A stretch of 64,000 nt of DNA from Saccostrea echinata (lineage: Eukaryota). The translations under genes and the position numbers were made by a program. The notes beneath the pieces are model-generated. The model ran no database searches. It worked only from the letters and a program-made list of their open reading frames with translations, and was not told where the DNA came from. Within the stretch, counting starts at the first letter, position 1. The number at the start of each line of letters is the position of its first letter. The DNA lies in contig NW_026889761.1 in NCBI RefSeq assembly GCF_033153115.1, positions 10,478,001 to 10,542,000 of the forward strand. Reading direction: 5' to 3'. Positions 38,750 to 51,113 of this stretch are shown in pieces.

Positions 38750-39254
38750 TTATTATTGTTCGTGTCGTTGGTCATTTTTAGTGCTTTATATAAATTTCCA
38801 TCCGTGACCTTGTATCTACTTAGTAGATCCGACACTTAGGATATACAGTNNNNNNNNNNNNNNNNNNNNNNNNNNNNNNNNNNNNNNNNNNNNNNNNNNN
38901 NNNNNNNNNNNNNNNNNNNNNNNNNNNNNNNNNNNNNNNNNNNNNNNNNNNNNNNNNNNNNNNNNNNNNNNNNNNNNNNNNNNNNNNNNNNNNNNNNNNT
39001 TCCAGAACTAGGAAACTATTCCATATTTTATTTGCAGATATTTATTATCTTGACCTTTCTGAAACTATACAACAAAAATATTAAGCAAAAAAGAGTCAAT
39101 TTCGAACTTTGTTTTACATCGCATAGTACATCGCACAGTTCAATTCAAAAAATAGAACAATTTCATGTACTGATATCCAGGTGTGTATTTATGTCTAAAA
39201 ATGACCATTTATTGTTTGAATTTATGATTCAAAAATAAAATATATATTTTGTAG

Positions 39255-39332
39255 GTATTGTCGAAGGTATAACTGGTTGTGGAACTAAATCTCCTGCCCT
39301 ATGGAACTCCAAGGATTGGACATTCCGCGTCA
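39255..39332 (+). pseudogene. Orphan exon, probably exon 10 of gene A-prime on an inverted segment
   Basis: tttgtag|(G)IVEGITGCGTKSPALWNSKDWTFRV|gtaagt; 78 nt. Its phase-1 start fits the end of exon 9 (...KLDP G|), and W.F ends Big_5-type domains. Confidence 0.6.
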
Positions 39333-42300
39333 GTAAGTGTAATTACTTAATGTTTTATTTTGTAAGTACATAATTCTGTAAGACGTGTCTTTTATTTCTA
39401 ACCATTTTATTGTCATTGATGAAGTGTTATCATTTCTTTTGTGTGTCTTTAAAACACGAATGTTATTCAAACGTAGTATAAATTCAGATACGATGAATTC
39501 TTTTTTTTCATATTTAAGCAATTTAATCCAGATGATGTCTTTACCTCAATTATCTAATCATAATTACCGTAACCACTTTTAGCACTTTTTGAACAAAAAA
39601 GAATTGTATTTGCTAATGTAATGTCAGTAATTGTTATACGTGTACGCGGTAAGTTGGCATTGGATTTTATTTGAACAGTAGAATGATTTCCTTGTTAATA
39701 CGGAAATTAAAGGTTGCAACCATTGCTTAAAATATTAATCGTTTACTCTCTCCTGAACAAGCTTGGAGCATTTATTGTACACGTTCTCACTAACCAGAAA
39801 CATGTATACTTTTTTTTTTTTTTTTTTTAGATATATACATTTTTCTGTGAAAATATAAATAGAGAGTGAATTATTATTAATAATAATTTTGAATAACTGA
39901 GTAATTTTTTTTCGGAGATGCAAAGCAGTATTTCGTGAATTTCTGATACCTGTATCACCACTTGTAAAGAGAAAAAACTTGAAAACCATTGATAAAGATT
40001 TTTAGAAAAGGTTTTCCTTACATTTAAGTTATACAAAAAGTTATTTTTAATAATTAGCTCTAAGTAATAGTATAGGGTTGTAATATTAAACAAAAAGTTT
40101 GTTACAAGGAGTTGTTACATGTAGGAGTAATATACATTTTTCTCAAAATGTTCTCTATATTCATTTGATTTTTAAAAATATCATAAGTGTAATAGGTTGT
40201 CTTAGGGGAGCATTTGAAAGAATATACATTTTAATAGTTTTTAAATTTTTTTTTAGATTTTGTCATAGACAGTAATTTCTATTAGGATAAGGTTTTTCCG
40301 TCCGCATGTCTGTCTAAGCTCTATAAACAATATTTCAAAACACCTCTTTTCCTACAGTTTTAGTCAGATTTTAAGAAAGTTTTGTAAACTNNNNNNNNNN
40401 NNNNNNNNNNNNNNNNNNNNNNNNNNNNNNNNNNNNNNNNNNNNNNNNNNNNNNNNNNNNNNNNNNNNNNNNNNNNNNNNNNNNNNNNNNNNNNNNNNNN
40501 NNNNNNNNNNNNNNNNNNNNNNNNNNNNNNNNNNNNNNNNNNNNNNNNNNNNNNNNNNNNNNNNNNNNNNNNNNNNNNNNNNNNNNNNNNNNNNNTTATC
40601 AATGCATTCTTGATATAGTTAATTAGTTTATATACTAAGTACGTATTTTGAAGGGGGTGTATGAAATATTTTTCTACACATAAAGGATTCGAAACATTTT
40701 TCTATTTCAATAAAAAAACCCATAACAAATGATTCATTCATGTATTTATTGTCTGCATTGATTACGTGCACAGTTGCATTATCTCGATTGCTATCAAACT
40801 TTCACTGAAAGACGTTTTAGATGTACCTGCAGATTGAAGTTGATAATGAAATTCTTCTGCGTGGGTAGTATTTCTCCTACCGGTTGATAAGATATGATTT
40901 TTGGAGGCTCAGCTGCAAAAGAATGTGAAGTGTGTCAAAACTTATACTTGAAGGAAATCAGGTCTACTAAACAATACATAACAGGCGCTAACTATAATTT
41001 TTAGGCGCCATGGCGACTAATTTAGTCGCCATGGCGCCTAAAAATTATGGTTGGCGCCTAAAATTTTTCGATAAGTCGCCAAATTTGCGACCATTTTAAA
41101 TTGACTTGGTGATGGCCAAATTACTGAACTATAAGTATTTTCAATTTTTTTTTTTACAAAGAGCAGAAAAGAAGTTTAAAATTTACAATGGACATGTCTC
41201 TATATATTGACTAATATCAGTTTTAAATTCGTGCCTAAGAAAAAATTACCTGGCGACTAAAAATTTGTATGTGCGACTAAATTCTTTTGATTAGGAGCCC
41301 GTTGGCGCCTAAATTTTTGAGGTCACATAGAGGTCTGCCTGATAAAAGACTTTTTGGGCATACCTCCTACAAAAAGGTTGATACAGGTTTTCTCTGACAC
41401 CAAACTGAAAAACAATGTATTTCTTCCAATAAATTTCAGAAGGATAAGTTAGATAGGGATTGCTACACACGTAGTTATACATAATATAGAAAGGAAAGAA
41501 TGTTTTAATCCTAGGCATAGAGCCTTAGATTCGTTCTTAATACTATTACATGCTATTAGTTCTGAATTGGTGTGGAGAGTGTTCACTAACCTGTCTGAAT
41601 CGCTGGCTGTGTAGCAGAATGGATTTGCTCCGGTCTGGCTTGGTTTAGGGGTCCATGTAGCATCGACATACCATTCCCGATTTGAGTTAGAATATGAGTG
41701 TAAGGCCGATGTCGTAAGTCCAGGTGGAGATACGGTTGTGATTTCTGTTATTCTATGGAGAGTTTCAGAGAAGATAGTTAATCAAAAACAGCAACATTTA
41801 TAAATATTTTATTGACTGTAATCATGCTCAAAAGTCCAATTAAAACAATGCAAATTGAGAGCATTGAGCGAACAGTGTTAGTAAAGTGATGGAGTATAAG
41901 GGTTAGATGATTTAATTATTTACCTATAGCATATACCCTATAATATTAAGTTGAATCCATGATTGAACCATGCCATCTATGAACATGAAATCAAACAAGA
42001 AAGTGCGCCAACTCGATATTGTGATCTTGGTGCGATAAAATAATAGATTGACCATTACCGCTATTTTACAGATACTATTCAACATTGTTTTTAATCTAAT
42101 ACTCTTACAGTATATCTACAAAAGTTGCAGTACCACATTTTACAATAAGCCATGCTTCTTTATGCAAATAGATGTATGCAAATTACAATGAAGAATTAAA
42201 AATGTCTATTTCGAGCAATCTTACACGATATAAAAAAGCGCAAGATGTTCTTGTATAAATTACTTTGATAATGACTATAGGATACAGTATTCAACTGGGG

Positions 42301-43374
42301 AAAAGGTATATCATGTCATCTCACTTTACTCCATCCGCACCACTCCGAGCTATGATTTGTTCTGTCCAAGTAGAATTGATTGGGATACCGACACATGCAC
42401 CGTCTAACCGTGTTGGCATTATAAACTTCGGTTTGTTTTGGCAAGGTTTATCAGAAGAGAAAACGTTTACCAGGAACTGAAGGGAAACACTACTGAGTGC
42501 ATGCGTAGAGTTTAAGGGACTGAAGTCCTCAATTTGAATGGCGACAGCGTACCAGCCAGTCTTGATTTTGGCAGTGTATGAAATTTCGCATCGTTTCTGA
42601 AGAAAAATGCAGAGTTTGTTTTATTGACTATTATGGAGTACTCATTGAGGCATATATACATTTAGCAAAGTTAGTTTGTAAAATTCAATGCCAAGCGGAC
42701 CATGGCCAAAAGTTCACATGGGTAACTTTATCGTTCTGACAAATAAATTTGTAGATGAATTAATTTTTTCAACATATATTCCATATTTTCCTGAAAAGGT
42801 TTGACTCCCTATCATGACCCCAGCCTAACCTAGTATTTTAAAAAAAACTGTGTCCTATATCTTTATATGTGAAACTTCGACCCTTCCTGTGGTCCTAATT
42901 TTTCCAACCATGACTTGAACATTGTCTAGATTTGTGCATTCTCCAGGATTTGTATTTATATGTAAATCCTTTCGTTACCCGATCCTAGACCTATGTTCAT
43001 GATTTGAAAAAAATATTTGCTACAGAAAAAAAAAAAAAAAAAAAAAAAAATCAATACCGTTTAAGCAGAATTTTTAGCGAGGATTCAATTTTAGCATTAT
43101 TAGCGAGGTTTTGAGATCGCCAAAATTGAATATCACTAATAGATTAACCCGTTTAGGTTATTAAAGATATCTTTTTTGACAATATAAAATCGCTAAAATT
43201 ACTTCTCTCTAAAAATGTATACCAATTTTTTTGATAAATCGCTAAATTTGCGTCTCGTTAAAAATTCCTCTTATTTTCTGTTCTTGAGAAACACATGATT
43301 TCCCTCTATATATCTCTGTAAAACGTGGATCCCCCTTTTGGGGCATCTCTAGAAGCAATGGTGCATGATGTGCT

Positions 43375-43663
43375 TTTTTTTGTTCAAGGTCTCTTTGGAG
43401 AATTTTTACTCATATTGAGACGCCACCACTTGCCGTCGTAGGGCTGTAAATTCTAGACCTATATTGGGCACTAACGGCCATTGAGCAGTGAGGGATCTTT
43501 TTCGTGCCAGCACCTACTGCGACAAGGGACCTCGGTTTACACGGTCTCATCCGAAGAACCAGTCTCCAAGACCCACAGTGAGATTCGAACCTGCAACGTT
43601 AGGATCAACTCTTTACTCCGCGACAGTGGGGCAAACGCTCTATCCATTGCGCCACGCGGCGAC
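43375..43663 (-). mobile_element. tRNA-derived SINE, same subfamily as 50520-50815
   Basis: Collinear similarity (GGCCATTGAGCAGTGAGGGATC...GATTCGAACC...GCGCCACGCGGCGAC). Confidence 0.8.
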
Positions 43664-43675
43664 GAGAATGATATG

Positions 43676-46024
43676 AAAAAACTTGAATATTCACCATGAG
43701 GGTGTTTGTATTAAATATAGTATAGTATACTTGCATGTTACTCAATAAAAAAAACTTGAATATTCACCATGAGGGTGTTTGTATTAAATGTAGTATAGTG
43801 TACTTGCATGTTACTCAATAAAAAAAACTTGAATATTCAGCATGAGGGTGTTTGTATTAAATATAGTATAGTATACTTGCATGTTACTCAATAAAAAAAA
43901 AACTTGAATATTCAGCATGAGGGTGTTTGTATTAAATATAGTATAGTATACTTGCATGTTACTCAATAAAAAAAACTTGAATATTCAGCATGAGGGTGTT
44001 TGTATTAAATATAGTATAGTATACTTGCATGTTACTCAATAAAAAAAACTTGAATATTCACCATGAGAGTGTTTGTATTAAATATAGTATAGTATACTTG
44101 CATGTTACTCAATAAAAAAAACTTGAATATTCACCATGAGGGTGTTTGTATTAAATATAGTATAGTATGCTTGCATGTTACTCAATAAAAAAAACTTGAA
44201 TATTCACCATGAGGGTGTTTGTATTAAATATAGTATAGTATACTTGCATGTTACTCAATAAAAAAAACTTGAATATTCAGCATGAGGGTGTTTGTATTAA
44301 ATATAGTATAGTATACTTGCATGTTACTCAATAAAAAAAACTTGAATATTCAGCATGAGGGTGTTTGTATTAAATATAGTATAGTATACTTGCATGTTAC
44401 TCAATAAAAAAAACTTGAATATTCAGCATGAGGGTGTTTGTATTAAATATAGTATAGTATACTTGCATGTTACTCAATAAAAAAAAAACTTGAATATTCA
44501 CCATGAGGGTGTTTGTATTAAATATAGTATAGTATACTTGCATGTTACTCAATTAAAAAAACTTGAATATTCACCATGAGGGTGTTTGTATTAAATATAG
44601 TATAGTATACTTGCATGTTACTCAATAAAAAAAACTTGAATATTCACCATGAGGGTATTTGTATTAAATATAGTATAGTATACTTGCATGTTACTCAATT
44701 AAAAAAAACTTGAATATTCAGCATGAGGGTGTTTGTATTAAATATAGTATAGTATACTTGCATGTTACTCAATTAAAAAAACTTGAATATTCATCATGAG
44801 GGTGTTTGTATTAAATATAGTATAGTATACTTGCATGTTACTCAATAAAAAAAACTTGAATATTCACCATGAGGGTGTTTGTATTAAATATAGTATAGTA
44901 TACTTGCATGTTACTCAATAAAAAAAACTTGAATATTCAGCATGAGGGTGTTTGTATTAAATATAGTATAGTATACTTGCATGTTACTCAATAAAAAAAA
45001 CTTGAATATTCAGCATGAGGGTGTTTGTATTAAATATAGTATAGTATACTTGCATGTTACTCAATAAAAAAAACTTGAATATTCAGCATGAGGGTGTTTG
45101 TATTAAATATAGTATAGTATACTTGCATGTTACTCAATAAAAAAACTTGAATATTCAGCATGAGGGTGTTTGTATTAAATATAGTATAGTATACTTGCAT
45201 GTTACTCAATAAAAAAAACTTGAATATTCAGCATGAGGGTGTTTGTATTAAATATAGTATAGTATACTTGCATGTTACTCAATAAAAAAAACTTGAATAT
45301 TCAGCATGAGGGTGTTTGTATTAAATATAGTATAGTATACTTGCATGTTACTCAATAAAAAAAACTTGAATATTCACCATGAGAGTGTTTGTATTAAATA
45401 TAGTATAGTATACTTGCATGTTACTCAATAAAAAAAACTTGAATATTCACCATGAGAGTGTTTGTATTAAATATAGTATAGTATACTTGCATGTTACTCA
45501 ATAAAAAAAACTTGAATATTCACCATGAGGGTGTTTGTATTAAATATAGTATAGTATACTTGCATGTTACTCAATAAAAAAAACTTGAATATTCAGCATG
45601 AGGGTGTTTGTATTAAATATAGTATAGTATACTTGCATGTTACTCAATAAAAAAAACTTGAATATTCAGCATGAGGGTGTTTGTATTAAATATAGTATAG
45701 TATACTTGCATGTTACTCAATAAAAAAAACTTGAATATTCAGCATGAGGGTGTTTGTATTAAATATAGTATAGTATACTTGCATGTTACTCAATAAAAAA
45801 AACTTGAATATTCACCATGAGGGTGTTTGTATTATATATAGTATAGTATACTTGCATGTTACTCAATAAAAAAAACTTGAATATTCAGCATGAGGGTGTT
45901 TGTATTAAATATAGTATAGTATACTTGCATGTTACTCAATTAAAAAAACTTGAATATTCACCATGAGGGTGTTTGTATTATATATAGTATAGTATACTTG
46001 CATGTTACTCAATAAAAAAAAAAC
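43676..46024. repeat. 73-bp tandem array, ~32 near-identical copies
   Basis: Unit A8-CTTGAATATTCASCATGAGGGTGTTTGTATTAAATATAGTATAGTATACTTGCATGTTACTCAAT; period measured from 43682 to 43755. Confidence 0.95.
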
Positions 46025-49000
46025 TTTCAATAAGTTTTGTCTCTCGTAGTAATATAATTCTTAAGCTATTTTTTTTTTTTTTAAAAATCCTGGTATCCTA
46101 ATGTTTACTATTTCATAATAAAACCCCCTTAAGGGTTTATAGATCTTCGTTTGGACAATCAGATTTTCATCAACAAGAGAGAGTACCAAATTATTGTGGC
46201 ACTGTAGAACTTAGATAAAAAGGATCTTAAGTATGACAAACAACTAGCAACTGCCTAACACAGGGACACTGGACATTTTTTGGGTCCCCCCCCCCAAAAA
46301 AAAAAGTTGAGCATTGTTTGAATATTGGTAATATTGCATAGCAAAGAATTTATACTGGATAATATCATACTGTAAGTGAAAGAATTATTAAATCATCTCT
46401 AAATTTACATTGAAGTAGATGATATTGATACCTCGTCAAGAAATGAATTTGGAAAAGAACGACAGACCCCTCCGCATTCACTCTTTGAGGATTCTGCCCA
46501 TCTACATCGAACTGTGTCATTATCTTTGTCATAGACTGAAATTTGTATGTGGATTAAAGATTTTTGACAATACTTGTATTTTGATTAATATTTATCATAT
46601 TGTCTCAAATATTTGACGACATTTTAGATTACATTAAGCGTTCTTCAAAATTTAAACATGCACTGAAAATATGACCGAGAGGCTTGTTTACATTTAATCT
46701 GCAATTTTCTTCGAAAAATTTGATAACATACCTGGGATAGTTATGTTGTGCTCACATCTGTGCTGTAGACGTATGATCGGAGGCATAGCAGAGACGGGGG
46801 ATGAGTTAATTTTACCGGTGTCACGTCTCCGGTTTAGGTCAACTGTTGTGCGCATTTCCCAGCTTCCACCCCAAGATGCAAGCGATATCCAATCTCCTCC
46901 AGTAAATCTGAAAAAAGTTTATATCTAGATGATTTTTTTGTTTATGTTGCATCAGAAAATTGATACTGAATATCATTTAAAAAACTAAGCATGATAATTA
47001 AATAAAAAGATGAACGGTTGAACAGACCCAAATTGAGCAGATTTATTCTGGAGAGTATACGTAATGCTGCGTTCTCCTTGAGTCCAGTCTTCCTACACAC
47101 TAAAATCAGTGCAAACGATCCCGACATCTGAAATTGTTGAAGGAGAACTCGAGCAGTCAAAACACATCACATCACCGAGAGTAGCGATGACACCACCATC
47201 TTCAATAGTTGTCTTACAATGTATTACACGTTGTTAAGCTGCTATAAGAACGTCTCCACGCCATTCGGAATGTAATAATGATCTAAAGCATATCAGAAAC
47301 ATTCTCTTGTTAAGAATTTTTTCGTTGTTTATATATAATATCTGAGATGCTAATGTGATGTTTATGTCATATATACTCAACAGAAATTGAAAAGAAAGAC
47401 TCCATTGAAGTAGATTTGTTGTGTGTTTTTTCTCTGTTCATTTGATTTGTTTTTCATTGAAAAATTCGAAGAATTCACTTAAAATTTATTTTGCTGCAAA
47501 TCAATGACTTTCAGCCGCTCAGGCCTTAGCAAACGTTTGAGTGGAAATCAATTATCAACAGATCTTTGTTTTGTCAATTCTAATGATGACACTTTCACAC
47601 TCTTTCAGAGAAATGGCATAATAAGCATGAAATAAAAAAAAAAATCTGGAAGTTTGAGAACGTTTGGTGTAAATCCCATTTTTCGCAAACTCAAATAAAA
47701 TTAGTCCTTCTGTTAAGTATAAAGTGATGTTACAATATTTACAAGTTTTTAAAATACTATCAGACAATAAAACAGAAACATAAAAGTAGCTCAACTGTAG
47801 TTGCCTAAAAATCACTCAAGTATAATCAATTTGAATCGCAAAAATATTGCATTTTGCAGTAATCGGGACTAGTCCCAAACTGCTTTTATTTTCAAAGTTT
47901 TGTCTGTTACCTTGGTCATCTTGAAAATTGAATCATAAAGTTTACCTCTCTCAGTTTAAAGTGTATAAATCAGAAAAAAGATTTATTGAAAGATGTATTG
48001 TTTATGCAAAGTTCAATCTATGCTTTTTCTCATATGTACATGTATTAAATTGTAATTGATATTATCAATTAGTATATAGAATGATTTCTTTTATATGTTG
48101 ACATATTTTAGTTAATAGATAGACCCTGTATGAATTCTATGATTGATTTTGATAGTTTTTAGGTATTTGAAATGAATGGACAAGGTTTCACATATTGTAG
48201 CTTTATTTTTGGAAGTTCCACTATACCAAAAATTGAAACCGAAGAAATACTTTTCAGCCAGCTAAATTGCTTTAATGCTTAAGGCATGTTTTTTTTTCTT
48301 TCTTTCCATTACAGAGTTTTGAGCCAAATAGTTCAACGCAGAGTTAATCAAATACTGTAGATGTTTGACAGATCCAAAAATCAAAGGCTTAGTGCAAAGT
48401 AGAGTATACATCTGCATCGTCCTATTGTCCCTAGGTTTCTATAAATGTTCCTGATTGAAGTGTATAAATCAAAGTGAAATTTACTAAGATTGAAAGCTGA
48501 GTTTATGAAATTTTAGATAGTTAGCAAGGAATTCTACTGAAATATTTCATGTAAGATATTCAACTTGGATAAATTGTTAATACCTTTAGCTGGAGTATTA
48601 TAGTTAAATGATAGGATTTATTAGAGAGAGAAAAATNNNNNNNNNNNNNNNNNNNNNNNNNNNNNNNNNNNNNNNNNNNNNNNNNNNNNNNNNNNNNNNN
48701 NNNNNNNNNNNNNNNNNNNNNNNNNNNNNNNNNNNNNNNNNNNNNNNNNNNNNNNNNNNNNNNNNNNNNNNNNNNNNNNNNNNNNNNAAAGGGTATGTTT
48801 TATTTTGTTTATTACATACTTAGTTATAATATACAGCACACATTAACTTGAGAAAAAAAAAAACAAATCCATAAATAATCATGCACTGACTATTGACATG
48901 TACGCAGAATATTTTATCAAAGAACAGTTATTTAAAATTAAGAGAATGTGAACCAAAAAGAATATGTGTATTGTCACAAGTGCTGTTTTTTAAGGCTTTA

Positions 49001-49127
49001 TTTACTGGGGGCGTGATATTGATCTGTATCAGCCCGTAAGATCCATATCAGCCCTGCAGGGCTGATACGGCTATTGTGACGTTAGACATATCGCATATGC
49101 AAAAATCCTGTATTATTACTAAGTATG

Positions 49128-49128
<1 letters not shown>

Positions 49129-49196
<68 letters not shown>
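49129..49196. repeat. (TA)n microsatellite; also (GA)n at ~4418-4444 and (TC)n(TG)n at ~53699-53742
   Basis: Read directly from the sequence. Confidence 0.9.
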
Positions 49197-49199
<3 letters not shown>

Positions 49200-49454
49200 A
49201 AGACCTCAGTAGTAACAACGCTTCATTTATATTCTAAGTCGTTTACTTTTGGCACAAGGTCAGAAATTTTAATTTCATCATAATTTTCAATGTGTTTTTG
49301 ATAGTGAGTTTACTTGTAGGTGTTCTAATGAATAAATGTTGCATTATAGAACAGATATAACGTTAAAAAGTATATCTTATGAAAGCGGTAACTGGATGAA
49401 TTGACTACAAGAAATGAAGACTAATCGAGACTTGGGTAATGCCTTGTGGAGGCA

Positions 49455-51113
49455 CATATTGCCGTCCCTGCACATTTTGTCGCGGGCGACATTATGTGCA
49501 AAATCATACTGCAATTTTTATCGCCCCTCTTTACATGTTCTTTCCCAAGAAAAAATACTATGTATATCTGCACAAACTCAGGCAACAAAGTATGCAGACC
49601 CTTGCGACCCATATTGTCGCCCTGTGATATTCACAGTTTATATGATGATAACGGTAAAAACATTTGAATTAATTTTTACTGTTTATCATTGATTGACGAA
49701 TGAATTCAGTGTCTGGTTAACTGTAGCTGCCTACTTGAAAATATTTCACAAAAAAATATTTCAAATCTGAGTTTTAGACAGTTTTCGGTATTGGTGAAGA
49801 TAAATTCTGATAATTGAACAAAGTTATGCACATTTTAGGAAAAAATAACAGATGAAATGATACGAATGTTTCATTGTAAAACTGGATGTTTCCTTACCTC
49901 ATTCATCAAAATAATATCCTCGTTGTGACTCCTGTAGACTTTTTTTAATTTGAGATTACACAACTAAATATATGTTTAATCATTTCAAATAAATAAATTC
50001 TTATAATCTTCGCATTTATTAGATTTTGCTGATGATTTTTATTTTTAACATCAAAAAATCAAAGTATATATCCCTTTTACCAAAGCAACAAAGATAAATT
50101 TTAAGCAAATTATTTATGTGTCTTTTCCCCTTCAGAATCTTTGTATGTTTGGCGTCTATTGATCTGTATACTCTTTCAAATATTTAGTAATAGCATGGAG
50201 AAAAAACAAACAAACAAGAACCAAAAATCTGTGTTTTTCTGAATGTCAAGCTTTTGTTCAGAAGTTTCCATTGTTACTGCCTATATGACGTGGATTCCTC
50301 ATAGTTTCTTGAGAATTTGATTTGTCATTTCTAATTGTTACATTCCTTTCTCCTGTACAAAGCCACATTGAGGAATCAAACAGCTAAACATCTCAATTTC
50401 CAACTTTAAAGCGCGTTGCCACGGAGACAGCAACAAACAGAATAATTATTGTTTTAAGTTTGAATGAAAATGAAAAAAAGCTTACTTATATCTGAAGTTT
50501 CAAGAAAATGTGTGTTGTTTGTTTGTTTGTTTGTATTTGTTTAACGTCCCTCTCGGGAATTTTTCACTCATATGGAGACATCACCACTTGCTGGTGGAGA
50601 GCTGCAAATTTTGTCCTATACTCGGCACTTACGGCCATTGAGCAGTGAGGGATCTGTCAGCACCTACTGCGACACGAGACCTCGGTTTATACGGTCTCAT
50701 CCGAAGGACCGGTCTCCACGTCCCACAGTGGGATTCGAACCCGCGACGTAAGGATCAACTCCTTACTCCGCGACTCTAGAGCAGACGGTCTAACCACTGC
50801 GCCACGCGGGCGACTGAAAATGTGTGTTGTTATGAGTGCCAAAAGATTTTAATGCTTAATAAGAATAACTCTAAAAATATTTACTCGTACATGACGACAA
50901 AATCCGCAACAATTCACGGCACATATTATTGCTGGCGGAGATGTGTGCATAATTGTGCTGCACACAATGTCATTGTCACTTATTCAGAAAAAAATAAGGC
51001 GAATATAGGGACACATTATTGCCCACAAAAGTATTTGCCATTGGACGACAAAATGTGCAGTGCAGAATTGCACATAATGTCACCAACGACAATATATGCA
51101 GGGCAACAGTATG
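49455..51113. mobile_element. Degenerate TIR element hosting the SINE at 50520
   Basis: CATATTGCCGTCCCTGCACATTTTGTCG..CGACATTATGTGCA is mirrored by TGCACATAATGTCACC..CGACAATATATGCAGGGCAACAGTATG. Confidence 0.5.
50520..50815 (-). mobile_element. tRNA-derived SINE with a 16-bp TSD
   Basis: Head GTCGCCCGCGTGGCGCAGTGGTTAG...GGTTCGAATCCC, (AAAC)n tail, TSD GAAAATGTGTGTTGTT at 50504 and 50816. Confidence 0.85.

Larger units (their letters stand above)
33703..38849. mobile_element. Penelope-like retroelement (Neptune-type): full-length minus-strand copy plus inverted 5'-truncated copy
   Basis: 37253-38766 is the reverse complement of 33703-35216; higher GC than the flanks; RT and GIY-YIG ORFs; hammerheads in both 3' ends; both outer ends run into gaps. 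Confidence 0.93.

Noticed and set aside
40959-41341. hAT-like MITE rich in GGCGCC/GGCGAC motifs in intron 7 of A-prime
   Set aside because: Probably a real insertion (absent in copy 1), but I could not fix its termini or TSD, so it is not listed as a feature.
43676-46024. CRISPR-like regular repeats (also 56960-58690 and 26005-26690)
   Set aside because: No unique spacers, no cas genes and a eukaryotic context; these are plain tandem repeats.
50715-50815. tRNA gene
   Set aside because: The A/B boxes belong to a SINE head that has a body, a tail, a TSD and multiple copies in this window; no clean anticodon arm.
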